Part shown: one piece after another, positions 1-8,281 of the stretch
Numbering within the stretch: the stretch's first letter is position 1
Layout of the letters: each line of letters begins with the position of its first letter
Source: Thermoanaerobaculia bacterium
GTDB lineage: Bacteria; Acidobacteriota; Thermoanaerobaculia; Multivoradales; JAGPDF01
Direction: 5' to 3'
Assembly (NCBI GenBank): GCA_039932315.1
Contig: JBDTQG010000015.1
Location: 1,148 to 65,147 of the forward strand
DNA length: 64,000 nt
Notes under the pieces: model-generated
Seen by the model: only the letters and a program-made list of their open reading frames with translations
Databases searched by the model: none
Told to the model about the DNA's origin: nothing
Translations under genes and position numbers: made by a program

Positions 1-1463
1 TCGTCGATGACTTCGAGCAGAATCGCCATCCCGGGCTGCATCCCGTCGCCGAGAAGCAGCGTGCCGAGGTCGGCGGCGCGGAGCTCGACACGTCGAGTGC
101 GCACCCGTACCCGCCCGGCGCGCTCGCCGCCAGGCGCAGCATGCGCTCCCGAATGCGCCCCGCTCCGGGCACTGTTGCCGGCCTCCGCAGCGCCGATGCC
201 GCTGGTGGCGCCGCCGGCGATCGCATCGTGGGCGTTGGTGAGGAGATTGAGGATCACCTGCCGGAGCTGGCTCGAGTCGCCGGCGATCGGCGGCAAGTGC
301 GGTGCGAGATCGAGCCGCGTCTGACTGGCCACGGTCTCCAGCGCGCGCAACAGATGGACGACGTCTTCGACGAGCGAGTTGAGGTCGATCGCGCGGCGCT
401 CGATCTCTCCGCGGCCCGCGTAGGTGAGCAGCTGGCGCGCGAGCTCCGTCGCCCGATCGGCGGCCGCGGCGACGGCGAGCGCGCGTTCGCGGACGGGCGA
501 GCCCTCGGGCAGCCGATCGAGCACGAGCTCGATGTTGCCGACGATCGGCGTCAGCAGGTTCGAGAAGTCGTGGGCGATTCCACCGGCCAGAAGTCCCAGG
601 CTCTCGAGTCGTTCCGTGCGTCGCAGGAGCTCTTCGCTGCGTTTGCTCTCCGTGATGTCCTGTGCGACGCCGAGGATCTGCTGCATGCGTCCGTGCTCGT
701 CGCGCAGAAAGGGCGTGTTGTGCGACCGGAACCAGCGCCATTCGCCGTTGCGGTGCCGGAGGCGGAACTCGATCGTGAGAGAGGCGCCCTCGAGGACGCC
801 TCTCCAGCGCTCGTCGCGATCAAGCGCCGCTGCCTTGTCGTCCGGGTGGCAGAGGTAGTCGAACGGATAAGGACCGAAGGTCAGGGATTCTGCCGCCGAG
901 TATCCGAGCGCCACGGGGACGGAGCGATTGATGTAGACGTCGCGTCCGAGCTCGTAGTCGTAGATAAAGAGGAAGTACGGAGCGACCTCGGCGATGCGCG
1001 CGAGGCGCCGGCTCATCTCCTGAGCGTCGCTTTTGACCTGCTCGCGATCGGTGACGTCGCCGAGGAAAGTCAGAACCGCCGGCCGGTTCTCCCATTCGAT
1101 CGGCATCGAATGCGCTTCGAGGACCGCGACGCCACCGTCCGGGAGCAGAAGGCGCGCGACCATCGTGCGATCGGTGAGGTCGCCGGCGAGCCGGCTGGCA
1201 TAGAGCTCCTGGACGAACGTCCGGTCGTCGGGGTGGATCAGGTCGAGAAACGGCTTGCCGACGAGCTCGTCGATCGGAATCCGGGTGATTCGCGCCGCCG
1301 AGGCGTTCGCGACCTTGAGAAGCCCGTCCTGGGCGATGACGATCGCTTCGTGGCTATGATCGAAGGCGATGCGATAGTGCGCACCGCCCTGCGCACCGGC
1401 CGCAGAGCTCGCCGCGTTTCCGTCCATCGCGGAGCCCGTTCCAGGCGGCCCGGCATCGTCCAT
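1..1463 (-). CDS. sensor histidine kinase, PAS-PAS-HisKA-HATPase_c (3' end runs off the window)
   Basis: Absent from the ORF track because its stop lies outside the window. Hand translation of the minus strand from ATG 1463 (alternative ATG 1427) is open to nt 1. It reads HYRIAFDHSHEAIVIAQDG (PAS-like), EFRLRHRNGEWRWFRSHNTPF (second PAS-like), H-box LGLLAGGIAHDFSNLLTPI (about 543-599), N-box QVILNLLTNAHDAI, and ends MAILLEVIDD at the edge. The listed 141..1703 + ORF is its antisense shadow. Confidence 0.85.
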   Translation of the reverse strand, partial: MDDAGPPGTGSAMDGNAASSAAGAQGGAHYRIAFDHSHEAIVIAQDGLLKVANASAARITRIPIDELVGKPFLDLIHPDDRTFVQELYASRLAGDLTDRTMVARLLLPDGGVAVLEAHSMPIEWENRPAVLTFLGDVTDREQVKSDAQEMSRRLARIAEVAPYFLFIYDYELGRDVYINRSVPVALGYSAAESLTFGPYPFDYLCHPDDKAAALDRDERWRGVLEGASLTIEFRLRHRNGEWRWFRSHNTPFLRDEHGRMQQILGVAQDITESKRSEELLRRTERLESLGLLAGGIAHDFSNLLTPIVGNIELVLDRLPEGSPVRERALAVAAAADRATELARQLLTYAGRGEIERRAIDLNSLVEDVVHLLRALETVASQTRLDLAPHLPPIAGDSSQLRQVILNLLTNAHDAIAGGATSGIGAAEAGNSARSGAHSGAHAAPGGERAGRVRVRTRRVELRAADLGTLLLGDGMQPGMAILLEVID

Positions 1464-1525
1464 CTGACCCGCTCCTGTCCAGTTCCCGGGAAGACTACTC
1501 GCAATCGCTTCGATGGCGGCGAGGC

Positions 1526-2437
1526 TCAGCGGAGGGCGGAATCCGTCCGCCGCCCGGATCCGTTGAGCCGCTGGCCGAGGGCTCCGACCAGCCGGGCGAG
1601 GCCGGCCGGAGCGTCGGCGAGAAAGAGCGTCGGTTCCGTGAGCTCGAGCTCCAGGAGCAGCGGCCGTCCGACGTCGTCGCGAGTCAGGTCGACTCGCGCG
1701 TAGAGCGCTCCGGCGGAGTCGCTCCCGATACCGGCGGCGTCGAGAATCCGGCCGGCGATCGCGAGCTCGTCTTCCGCCGCGGCGACGGGGGCGCCTTCGG
1801 GGAGATCGGTCCAGCGCCCGCCCTGGGTCAGAGCGTTTTTCCGCACCGCATGCGAGAAGCTGCCGTCGAGGAAAACCAGGCAGCGCTCGCCGTAGGTTTC
1901 AACCGAGCGCAGAAACGGCTGGACGAGCATGTCGCGCTCGGGGGCGAGGCGCGCGAGGTGGGCCTCGCCGCGCTCCGATTCGGCGGCAGGGACGAAGATC
2001 GTCTCCCAGGAATCGGCGGAGATCGCCGGCTTGACGACGGCATCGCTCCACCCGCGCTGCGCGAGAAGTTGGGCGTAGAAGCCCGGAGCGACGGTGTCCG
2101 TGCGCGGCACGAGCGCCGTCGGAACGACCGGAAGTCCCTTAGCGGCAAGCTCGACGAGGTAGCCCTTGTGCAGATTCCAGCGCACGAGCTCCAGGGGATT
2201 GACGAGCGAGGTGGCCGCGTTCGTGCGTTCGGCCCAGGCCAGAAATTCATCCGGCCGCCGGTAGTAGTCCCACGGAGAGCGCAACAGCGCGATCTGCGCT
2301 GTCGACCAGTCGAAGTCCGGGTCGTCCCAGGCGACGATTCCGGCGTCGATTCCCGCCGCGAGAAGCGCCCGATGCAGCGGCTGGTCGTCGGGAAAGAGAT
2401 CGGGAAGCTCGCGATAGGTCACCAGGGCAACGTCCAT
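1526..2437 (-). CDS. ATP-grasp family protein (RimK/glutathione-synthetase-like fold)
   Basis: ORF 1526..2440. The TTG at 2440 is followed by ATG at 2437, which overlaps the xerC stop (TGATG). ATP-grasp-like blocks: AVVKPAISADSWETIFV, DMLVQPFLRSVETYGERCLVFLDG, YARVDLTRDDVGRPLLLELELTEPTLF. Confidence 0.75.
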   Translation of the reverse strand: MDVALVTYRELPDLFPDDQPLHRALLAAGIDAGIVAWDDPDFDWSTAQIALLRSPWDYYRRPDEFLAWAERTNAATSLVNPLELVRWNLHKGYLVELAAKGLPVVPTALVPRTDTVAPGFYAQLLAQRGWSDAVVKPAISADSWETIFVPAAESERGEAHLARLAPERDMLVQPFLRSVETYGERCLVFLDGSFSHAVRKNALTQGGRWTDLPEGAPVAAAEDELAIAGRILDAAGIGSDSAGALYARVDLTRDDVGRPLLLELELTEPTLFLADAPAGLARLVGALGQRLNGSGRRTDSALR

Positions 2438-3438
2438 CAAGGTCCTCGTCTTTCAGAGCTTTCGTCATCGGACCCGCTGGGGACGGCAAGGGCCGGAACC
2501 TCCGCACCGCGAGCGCGGGCGCGCGGGTGAGCGTCGCGATAGACGCTCTGCAGCCGTTCGATGTCGACGTGGGTGTAGCGCTGCGTCGTCGAGAGCGAGC
2601 TATGCCCGAGGAGCTCCTGGATTGCGCGAAGGTCGGCGCCGCCCTCGAGCAGGTGTGTCGCGAAAGTGTGCCGGAGGGTATGCGGATGAACCCCGCGCGC
2701 GGTCGCGGTGGCGATGACGTAGCGATCGAGAATCCTGCGCACCGAGCGATCCGTGAGGCGTTCGCCGCGCAGGTTGACGAAGAGCGGGTCGTCGTCGCCG
2801 AAGCTTGCGGCACGGCCTGCACGCAACGCCGTCCACCCCTCTCGCCAGGCGCGGAGCGCAGCCTGTGCCGGCCGGCCGAACGGGACCATGCGCTCTTTGT
2901 CGCCCTTGCCGACGGTGCGCAGAACGCGCTCCTTGAGATCGAGATCGCGCCAGTCGAGGCTGACGAGCTCGGCGACCCGCAGGCCGGTGGCATAGAGCAG
3001 CTCGAGGATCGCGCGGTCCCGCAGCGCGACCGGTTCGTCGCCGGCCGGTGCTGCAAGAAGCGCTTCGATCTCGCCCGGACGAAGGTGGCGCGGGAGCGTC
3101 TGGGGGACCTTCGGCGTGCGAACGCGCTGCGCGGGATTCTGCGTTGCCTCGCCGACGCGGCAGGCCCAGCGGAAAAATGTCCGCAGCGCCGAGAGCGCAC
3201 GGCCCTGGCTCCTGCGGCTCCGTCCGCCCGACGCTCGCGAAAGGGAGGCGAGAAATGAGCGCACCGCGACGACGTCGATCGCTGCGAGATCGATCGTTTC
3301 TTCCGCCCGGCTGAGGTATTCCGTGGCGAGGAATTCAACGAAGCGATCGAGATCGCCGGCGTAAGCGCGCACCGTGTGCGGCGAAAGCGCCCGTTCGCCT
3401 TCGAGATGCGCGAGAAAGCGGGCGGTCAGAGCCCGCAC
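2437..3438 (-). CDS. xerC: tyrosine recombinase XerC/XerD family
   Basis: Last 333 codons of ORF 2437..3981. Catalytic blocks: ATGLRVAELVSL and HTLRHTFATHLLEGGADLRAIQELLGHSSLSTTQRYTHV. N-terminal core-binding block: LSPHTVRAYAGDLDRFVEF. The upstream part of the ORF overlaps trmFO, so the start is set at GTG 3438 (13-nt overlap with trmFO); start uncertain. The position after trmFO mirrors the Bacillus gid-codV order. Confidence 0.85.
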   Translation of the reverse strand: MRALTARFLAHLEGERALSPHTVRAYAGDLDRFVEFLATEYLSRAEETIDLAAIDVVAVRSFLASLSRASGGRSRRSQGRALSALRTFFRWACRVGEATQNPAQRVRTPKVPQTLPRHLRPGEIEALLAAPAGDEPVALRDRAILELLYATGLRVAELVSLDWRDLDLKERVLRTVGKGDKERMVPFGRPAQAALRAWREGWTALRAGRAASFGDDDPLFVNLRGERLTDRSVRRILDRYVIATATARGVHPHTLRHTFATHLLEGGADLRAIQELLGHSSLSTTQRYTHVDIERLQSVYRDAHPRARARGAEVPALAVPSGSDDESSERRGP

Positions 3439-4775
3439 GCCGCCTGCCAGCCGGCAAGCGCCGACAACGCGCGCTGGGCGTATGCCGCGCGACGCTCGTC
3501 CTTCCGCGGCAGCGGCTCGATCGCGGTGAAGAGTCCGTAATGGATGTTGGCGGGCTGAAAATGTTTGGGGTCGGATTCGGTCAGGTGTCGCGCCAGAGCT
3601 CCAAGTGCGGTGGTCGCAGGAAGGAGCGTCGGCGTTCCACTGCCGTCGAGTCCCGCCGCTCCGCGGCGCTCGAGGATGAGGTAGAGCGCCACCGCGAGAC
3701 CGGTCGCCGCGGATTCGAGATAGCCCTCGACGCCGGTGATCTGGCCGGCGAGGCGCAGGCGCGGGCGCGGCTTGACGCGATAGGCGGCGTCGAGATGCTG
3801 CGGAGAGTTGATGAAGGTGTTGCGGTGAATCTGCCCGAGGCGGACGAATTCCGCATTCTCGAGTCCCGGGAGCATCCGGAAAACGCGCTGCTGATCGGGC
3901 CACTTCATGCGCGACTGAAAGCCGACCAGATTGAAGTGGGTCTTCGTCAGATTCTCCTGCCGCAACTGCATCACGGCCCACGGCCGCCGGCCGTCGAGGC
4001 CGCGCAAGCCGACCGGCTTCATCGGACCGAAGCGCAGGGTTCCCTCGCCGCGCCGCGCGAGCTCTTCGATCGGCAGACAGCCTTCGAAAAAGAGCGCACG
4101 CTCGAAGTCGTGGAGCGGCAGAACCTCGGCGTCGAGAATCGCCTGATGAAACGCGGCGTACTGCTCTTTGTCGAGGCCCGAGTTCAGGTAGTCGTCGCCG
4201 TTTCCCTTGCCGTAGCGCGACATCCAGAAGAGCTTCGACATGTCGAGCGACTCGCCGTCGACGATCGGTGCAATCGCGTCATAGAAGTAGAGGTATTCGC
4301 CGCCGAGGAGGAGACCCAGCTCTTTCGCGAGCGCCGGCGATGTCAGCGGCCCGGTCGCGAGGACCGTGTCGTGTTCCGCCGTCAGCGCGGCGAGATCCGT
4401 GACCTCTTCGCGCCGGATTTCGAGGTTCTCGAGCCCTTCGAGCCGGGCGGAGACGGCGGCCGCAAAGCGATCGCGGTCGACGGCAAGAGCGCTTCCCGCC
4501 GGCACCGCAGCCTCCCGCGCCGTCCCGATGATCAGCGAGCCGAAGCACTCCATCTCGCGTTTGAGCAGGCCCGCGGCGTGCTCGGGATCGTCGCTGCGCA
4601 GTGAGTTGGAGCACACCAGCTCTGCGAAGTCGCCGCCCTTGTGCGCCGGTGTCGACTGGCCCGGCCGCATTTCGTGGAGCACGACGGGAACGCCGCGGGA
4701 GGCGAGCTGAAAGGCGCATTCGCTGCCTGCGAGGCCGCCGCCGATGACGTGAACCGGAGAAAGGGCGTTGGCCAT
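3426..4775 (-). CDS. trmFO: methylenetetrahydrofolate--tRNA-(uracil-5-)-methyltransferase TrmFO (Gid)
   Basis: ORF 3426..5087 trimmed to ATG 4775 (MANALSPVHVIGGGLAGSECAFQLA, an FAD dinucleotide-binding motif). TrmFO-like blocks throughout: FAELVCSNSLRSD, LRFGPMKPVGL, RLAGQITGVEGYLESAATG. The 104 codons upstream are Arg/Ser-rich junk overlapping the divergent gene. Confidence 0.9.
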   Translation of the reverse strand: MANALSPVHVIGGGLAGSECAFQLASRGVPVVLHEMRPGQSTPAHKGGDFAELVCSNSLRSDDPEHAAGLLKREMECFGSLIIGTAREAAVPAGSALAVDRDRFAAAVSARLEGLENLEIRREEVTDLAALTAEHDTVLATGPLTSPALAKELGLLLGGEYLYFYDAIAPIVDGESLDMSKLFWMSRYGKGNGDDYLNSGLDKEQYAAFHQAILDAEVLPLHDFERALFFEGCLPIEELARRGEGTLRFGPMKPVGLRGLDGRRPWAVMQLRQENLTKTHFNLVGFQSRMKWPDQQRVFRMLPGLENAEFVRLGQIHRNTFINSPQHLDAAYRVKPRPRLRLAGQITGVEGYLESAATGLAVALYLILERRGAAGLDGSGTPTLLPATTALGALARHLTESDPKHFQPANIHYGLFTAIEPLPRKDERRAAYAQRALSALAGWQAACGL

Positions 4776-4875
4776 GCGTCCATTGTAGCCGGGGGCGAGG
4801 GGCGGAATGTCCTCTTGGGGTGCTGGTTTGCGCTTAATAGAGGTGGAAGCCGATCCGTTCCCCAGGGAGAAACGC

Positions 4876-5406
4876 ATGAACTCGCCGATGTCCATTCCGC
4901 ACTTCACCAAGCGCCCGAAGCTGGGCGAAACGCTGCGCTTCTTCGGTCTGCTTTCGGGCGCCGAGCTCGACATCGCGCTCATCCGGCAGGAGAACGAGGG
5001 CGGAAGGCTCGGCACCTGCCTGCTCGACACCGGGCTCCTCGACGAAGCGACGCTTCTCGCCGCGCTCGGCGCGCAGCAGAACGTCACGACGGTCGATGCC
5101 GCGACGCTCGATGCGCTGCCTCAGTCCGCTGCGGCATTTCTGCCGGCGCGTGCTGCGCTCGTGGCGCGCGCAGTGCCGATCGCGCGCAGCGGCAAGTCGT
5201 TGGAGGTCGCGATGCTCGATCCGTCTTCCATGCAACTCATCGACGAGCTCGCCGCCGTCAGCCGCCTGGTGATCGTGCCGCGCCTCGCGCTCGAAGTGCG
5301 ACTGACGCAGTGTCTCGAGCGCCTCTACGATCTGACGATTTCCGGCCGCTTCGCCCGCACCCGCGAGCGCATCAGCCGCCGGCTCGCGCACGGCGTCGCG
5401 GTCTGA
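4876..5406 (+). CDS. stand-alone MshEN / T2SSE_N domain protein (predicted c-di-GMP receptor)
   Basis: ORF 4807..5406 trimmed to ATG 4876 (AGGGAGA 5 nt upstream). Two tandem 24-aa MshEN-type motifs, KLGETLRFFGLLSGAELDIALIRQ and RLGTCLLDTGLLDEATLLAALGAQ, are separated by ENEGG. They are followed by a GspE/PilB N-terminal-like segment (LEVAMLDPSSMQLIDELAAVSRLVIVPRLALEVRL). No ATPase domain. Confidence 0.75.
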   Translation: MNSPMSIPHFTKRPKLGETLRFFGLLSGAELDIALIRQENEGGRLGTCLLDTGLLDEATLLAALGAQQNVTTVDAATLDALPQSAAAFLPARAALVARAVPIARSGKSLEVAMLDPSSMQLIDELAAVSRLVIVPRLALEVRLTQCLERLYDLTISGRFARTRERISRRLAHGVAV

Positions 5407-5407
5407 T

Positions 5408-8194
5408 TCACGGGACGGTGTCGCTCCACGCTGCGGTGCCGTTGATTTCGAATCCGTCGTCGAAGAGGAAAGGGGCCGTCGCCCAGAGCTCGTCTCCGCT
5501 GCCGTCGCTGGCGGCGAAATAGATCAGGCCGCCACTCGCGACCAAAGGCGTCTCGCCGACGCGCGACCGGTTGGCGTGCGGATTCGAGGATTCGGGTCCG
5601 GGGTGGATGTCGCCGGCGCGCCGGGTGCGCTGCGGCGTGCCGTCGCTCACCCAGAGCTCGCAGCCCGCGGCGCCGTCGCAGGCGGAGAACCAGAGGTCGT
5701 TGCCGGAGACCGTCAGGTGCGTCGGATTGCCGCTGTCGGGACCCGGGTCGAGATCCTTGAACCGCTGCGTGCCGCCGGCCGAGCCGTCGCTCGCCCAGAG
5801 CTCGCAGCCGGAAGTCGCGTCGCAGGCGTGGAAGAAGAGCCGGCCGGCGAAGCTGGTGAGCTCGGACACCGCGCCGGACCCGGCTCCGGTGAAGGTGTCC
5901 TTCAAGAGAACGGTGGTCGCGGCGGAGCCGCCGGTCTTCCAGAGCTCGCGGCCGTGGCTGCCGTCGTCGGCGGTGAAGAAGATCGTCCCCACCGCGACGG
6001 TGAACTCGCGCGGGTTGCTGCCGGTCGTTCCCGGGTTCAAGTCGCCGAGGGCGACCTTGACGAAGCCGCCCAGGCCGGCGTCGACGATCGCCCACGGCTC
6101 GGTGCCGGCGGTCGCGGTCTGGGCGCTGAGCAGTACCACCGTGCCTGAGATGTGGAAGTTCGAGGGCGAGGACGAGTCGCTGCCCGGATTCAGGTTCGCG
6201 ACCAGGTCGGTTCCCGGCCCGGTACCGTCCGAGGTGTAGAGCTCGGTGCCGGTCGCGGTGGTGAAAGCGCCGAAGAGAATGCCGTTGCCGAAGACGCCGG
6301 AATCGGCGATCGGGAAAGCGCTGCCGCCGAGCGTGCCGGGCTCGAGGTCGAACACCAGGTCGGTATCGGCGGCGGCACCGCCCGACTTCCAGAGCTCCCG
6401 CCCGTGCGTACCGTCGTCGGCCGAGAAATAGAGCGTGCCGTCGATGTCCACGAGGTCCCTGGGAAAGGAGTTGCTGAACGTCGGGCGGATGTCCTCGACC
6501 AGGACCGCGCCGCCGGCCGTCTTCTTCCACAGCTCGTTGCCCTCCAGACCGGAGGCCGAGAAGAACGTGCGATTTCCCGAGACGGTGAACTCTGCCGGAG
6601 ACGAGTCGGCGCCGCCCGGGTTGATGTCGAGGATCAGGGCGGTTCCGGCGGCGGTGCCGTTCGAGCGCCAGGGCTCCCGTCCGTGCACTCCGTCGTCGGC
6701 GTTGAAGACCAGCGTCCCGCCCGAGTCGGTCAACTCGAAGAGTTCGCTGGAGGTGGTGTCGGCCGGCGTCGGATCGACGAGAGCGAATGTACCGCCCGGA
6801 GTGCCGTCGGTGCGCCAGAGCTCGCGGTCGATGTCCGAGGTGCTGAGAGTCATCAGGGCGACGGAGCCGATTGCCGAGAAGAGAAACGGCCTGCTGCCCT
6901 CGCCGCCGGGTAGAAGGTCCGCGACGAGCGCGGTGCCGGCGATCGTCCCGTCGGTCCGCCAGAGCTCCGATCCATGGGTTTCGTCCGAGGCCTCGAAGAC
7001 CATGGTGGAGCCGAGGACGAGGAAGCCCTCCGGGAAGGAACCGTCGGGCCCCGGTACCAGGTCGGAGATCTGAAAGGTCCCTGCGGCCGTGCCGTCAGTA
7101 CGCCAGAGTTCCTCGCCGGTGACGCCGCCGTCGTCGAGACTGATCATCATCACCGATCCGAGGACCGCGACGCCGTCGCTCTCGTCGTAGGGCGAGACGC
7201 CGCCGGGCCCGGGGGCGATCTCCTCGATCGGGACGGTTCCTCCCGCGGTGCCGTTCGACTTCCAGAGCTCGTAGCCCGTGGTTCCGTCGTCCGCCAGAAA
7301 GAAGAGTTGCGTACCCACGGCGCGCAGAACGAACGGAAAGGAGCCGGTGGCGGGGTTGATGTCCTTGACCAGCACCGTGCCCACCTCCGTCCCGTCGGAC
7401 TTCCAGAGCTCGCCGTCGTCGACGGACCCCTTGGCCTCGAAGAAGAGCGTCGATCCGACCACCGTGAGCTCGCGCGGCTCGGAGCCGTCGGCGCCGGAGA
7501 GGATGTCCTTCACCCGCACCGTTCCGGCCGGGGTGCCGTTCGACTTCCAGAGCTCCTCCCCGGCGACCCCGTCGTTGGCGTTGAAGTAGAGGGTCGATCC
7601 CACCGCGACGAGACGCTTCGGGAAAGAGCTCGCCGTCCCGGGTTGGATGTCCTTGACCAGGATCGTTCCGGCGGCGGAGCCGTCGCTCTTCCAGAGCTCG
7701 ACACCGTTCGCGGGGGTGTTGGCAGTGAAGTACAAAGTGGAACCGACGACCTTGAAGGTCGTCGGCCTCGAGTCATCCGGCCCGGGTTGGATGTCGATCA
7801 GCCGGAAGGTCCCGGCCGCGGTACCGTCCGACCGCCAGAGCTCTTTCCCGCCGGCAATGTCCTCGGCCTGGAACAGGGCGAGCGGGCCGAGCTTGATGAT
7901 CTGGCCGAACTGTCCGCCGGTCTCGCCCGGGAAGATGTTCTTGATCCGCGCGGTTCCGGCGGCGGTGCCATCGGAGCGCCAGAGCTGCAGACGATCTGCG
8001 CCGGTGCCGAGGCCGAAGACCAGGGCGCTGCCGAGCGCGACGCCAGGAGCGACCGGAAGGCTGTCGGGTTGGATTTCGGTGACGTTGATGTCGGCGACGC
8101 GGAAGGCATCGGCGCCGGCGAGCGTGGCGCAGAGGAAGGCAAGGGCTGCGAAAAGGACGTACCTGAAGCCGCGGTCACGGTGGCGCATCGACAT
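5408..8194 (-). CDS. secreted ELWxxDGT-repeat protein (928 aa)
   Basis: Full ORF in the track. N-terminal signal peptide: FRYVLFAALAFLCATLAGADA. About 17-18 copies (hand count) of a roughly 50-aa unit centred on ELW[KR][ST][DN]GT.AGT. C-terminal tail: FLFDDGFEINGTAAWSDTVP. Confidence 0.9.
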   Translation of the reverse strand: MSMRHRDRGFRYVLFAALAFLCATLAGADAFRVADINVTEIQPDSLPVAPGVALGSALVFGLGTGADRLQLWRSDGTAAGTARIKNIFPGETGGQFGQIIKLGPLALFQAEDIAGGKELWRSDGTAAGTFRLIDIQPGPDDSRPTTFKVVGSTLYFTANTPANGVELWKSDGSAAGTILVKDIQPGTASSFPKRLVAVGSTLYFNANDGVAGEELWKSNGTPAGTVRVKDILSGADGSEPRELTVVGSTLFFEAKGSVDDGELWKSDGTEVGTVLVKDINPATGSFPFVLRAVGTQLFFLADDGTTGYELWKSNGTAGGTVPIEEIAPGPGGVSPYDESDGVAVLGSVMMISLDDGGVTGEELWRTDGTAAGTFQISDLVPGPDGSFPEGFLVLGSTMVFEASDETHGSELWRTDGTIAGTALVADLLPGGEGSRPFLFSAIGSVALMTLSTSDIDRELWRTDGTPGGTFALVDPTPADTTSSELFELTDSGGTLVFNADDGVHGREPWRSNGTAAGTALILDINPGGADSSPAEFTVSGNRTFFSASGLEGNELWKKTAGGAVLVEDIRPTFSNSFPRDLVDIDGTLYFSADDGTHGRELWKSGGAAADTDLVFDLEPGTLGGSAFPIADSGVFGNGILFGAFTTATGTELYTSDGTGPGTDLVANLNPGSDSSSPSNFHISGTVVLLSAQTATAGTEPWAIVDAGLGGFVKVALGDLNPGTTGSNPREFTVAVGTIFFTADDGSHGRELWKTGGSAATTVLLKDTFTGAGSGAVSELTSFAGRLFFHACDATSGCELWASDGSAGGTQRFKDLDPGPDSGNPTHLTVSGNDLWFSACDGAAGCELWVSDGTPQRTRRAGDIHPGPESSNPHANRSRVGETPLVASGGLIYFAASDGSGDELWATAPFLFDDGFEINGTAAWSDTVP
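5467..8017 (-). repeat. tandem array of about 150-nt coding repeats (ELWxxDGT units)
   Basis: Periodic recurrence of ELWRSDGTAAGT / ELWKSDGSAAGT / ELWKSNGTPAGT / ELWRTDGTAAGT and similar in the translation of 5408..8194. Boundaries approximate. Confidence 0.8.
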
Positions 8195-8281
8195 CTCCTT
8201 GTCAGAATCGAACAGGGAGACTCTGCGCCACGTCGTTCCGCGCGACGACCCGCGCTGGTCAGCGCGCGGGACTGACCTTGG

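Noticed and set aside
141-1703. 520-aa + strand ORF covering the left end of the window
   Set aside because: Arg/Asp/Glu/Val-rich shadow of the minus-strand histidine kinase, whose hand translation gives a clean H-box and PAS domains. The ORF has no recognisable motifs of its own.
5325-8275. Multiple 200-430-aa alternate-frame ORFs inside the ELWxxDGT gene (for example 5325..6530 -, 6974..8275 +); also whether the periodic DNA could be a CRISPR array
   Set aside because: The periodicity is a protein-coding repeat of about 150 nt with divergent copies and no spacer/repeat alternation. Only the 5408..8194 frame gives the ELWxxDGT units, a signal peptide and the C-terminal tail.
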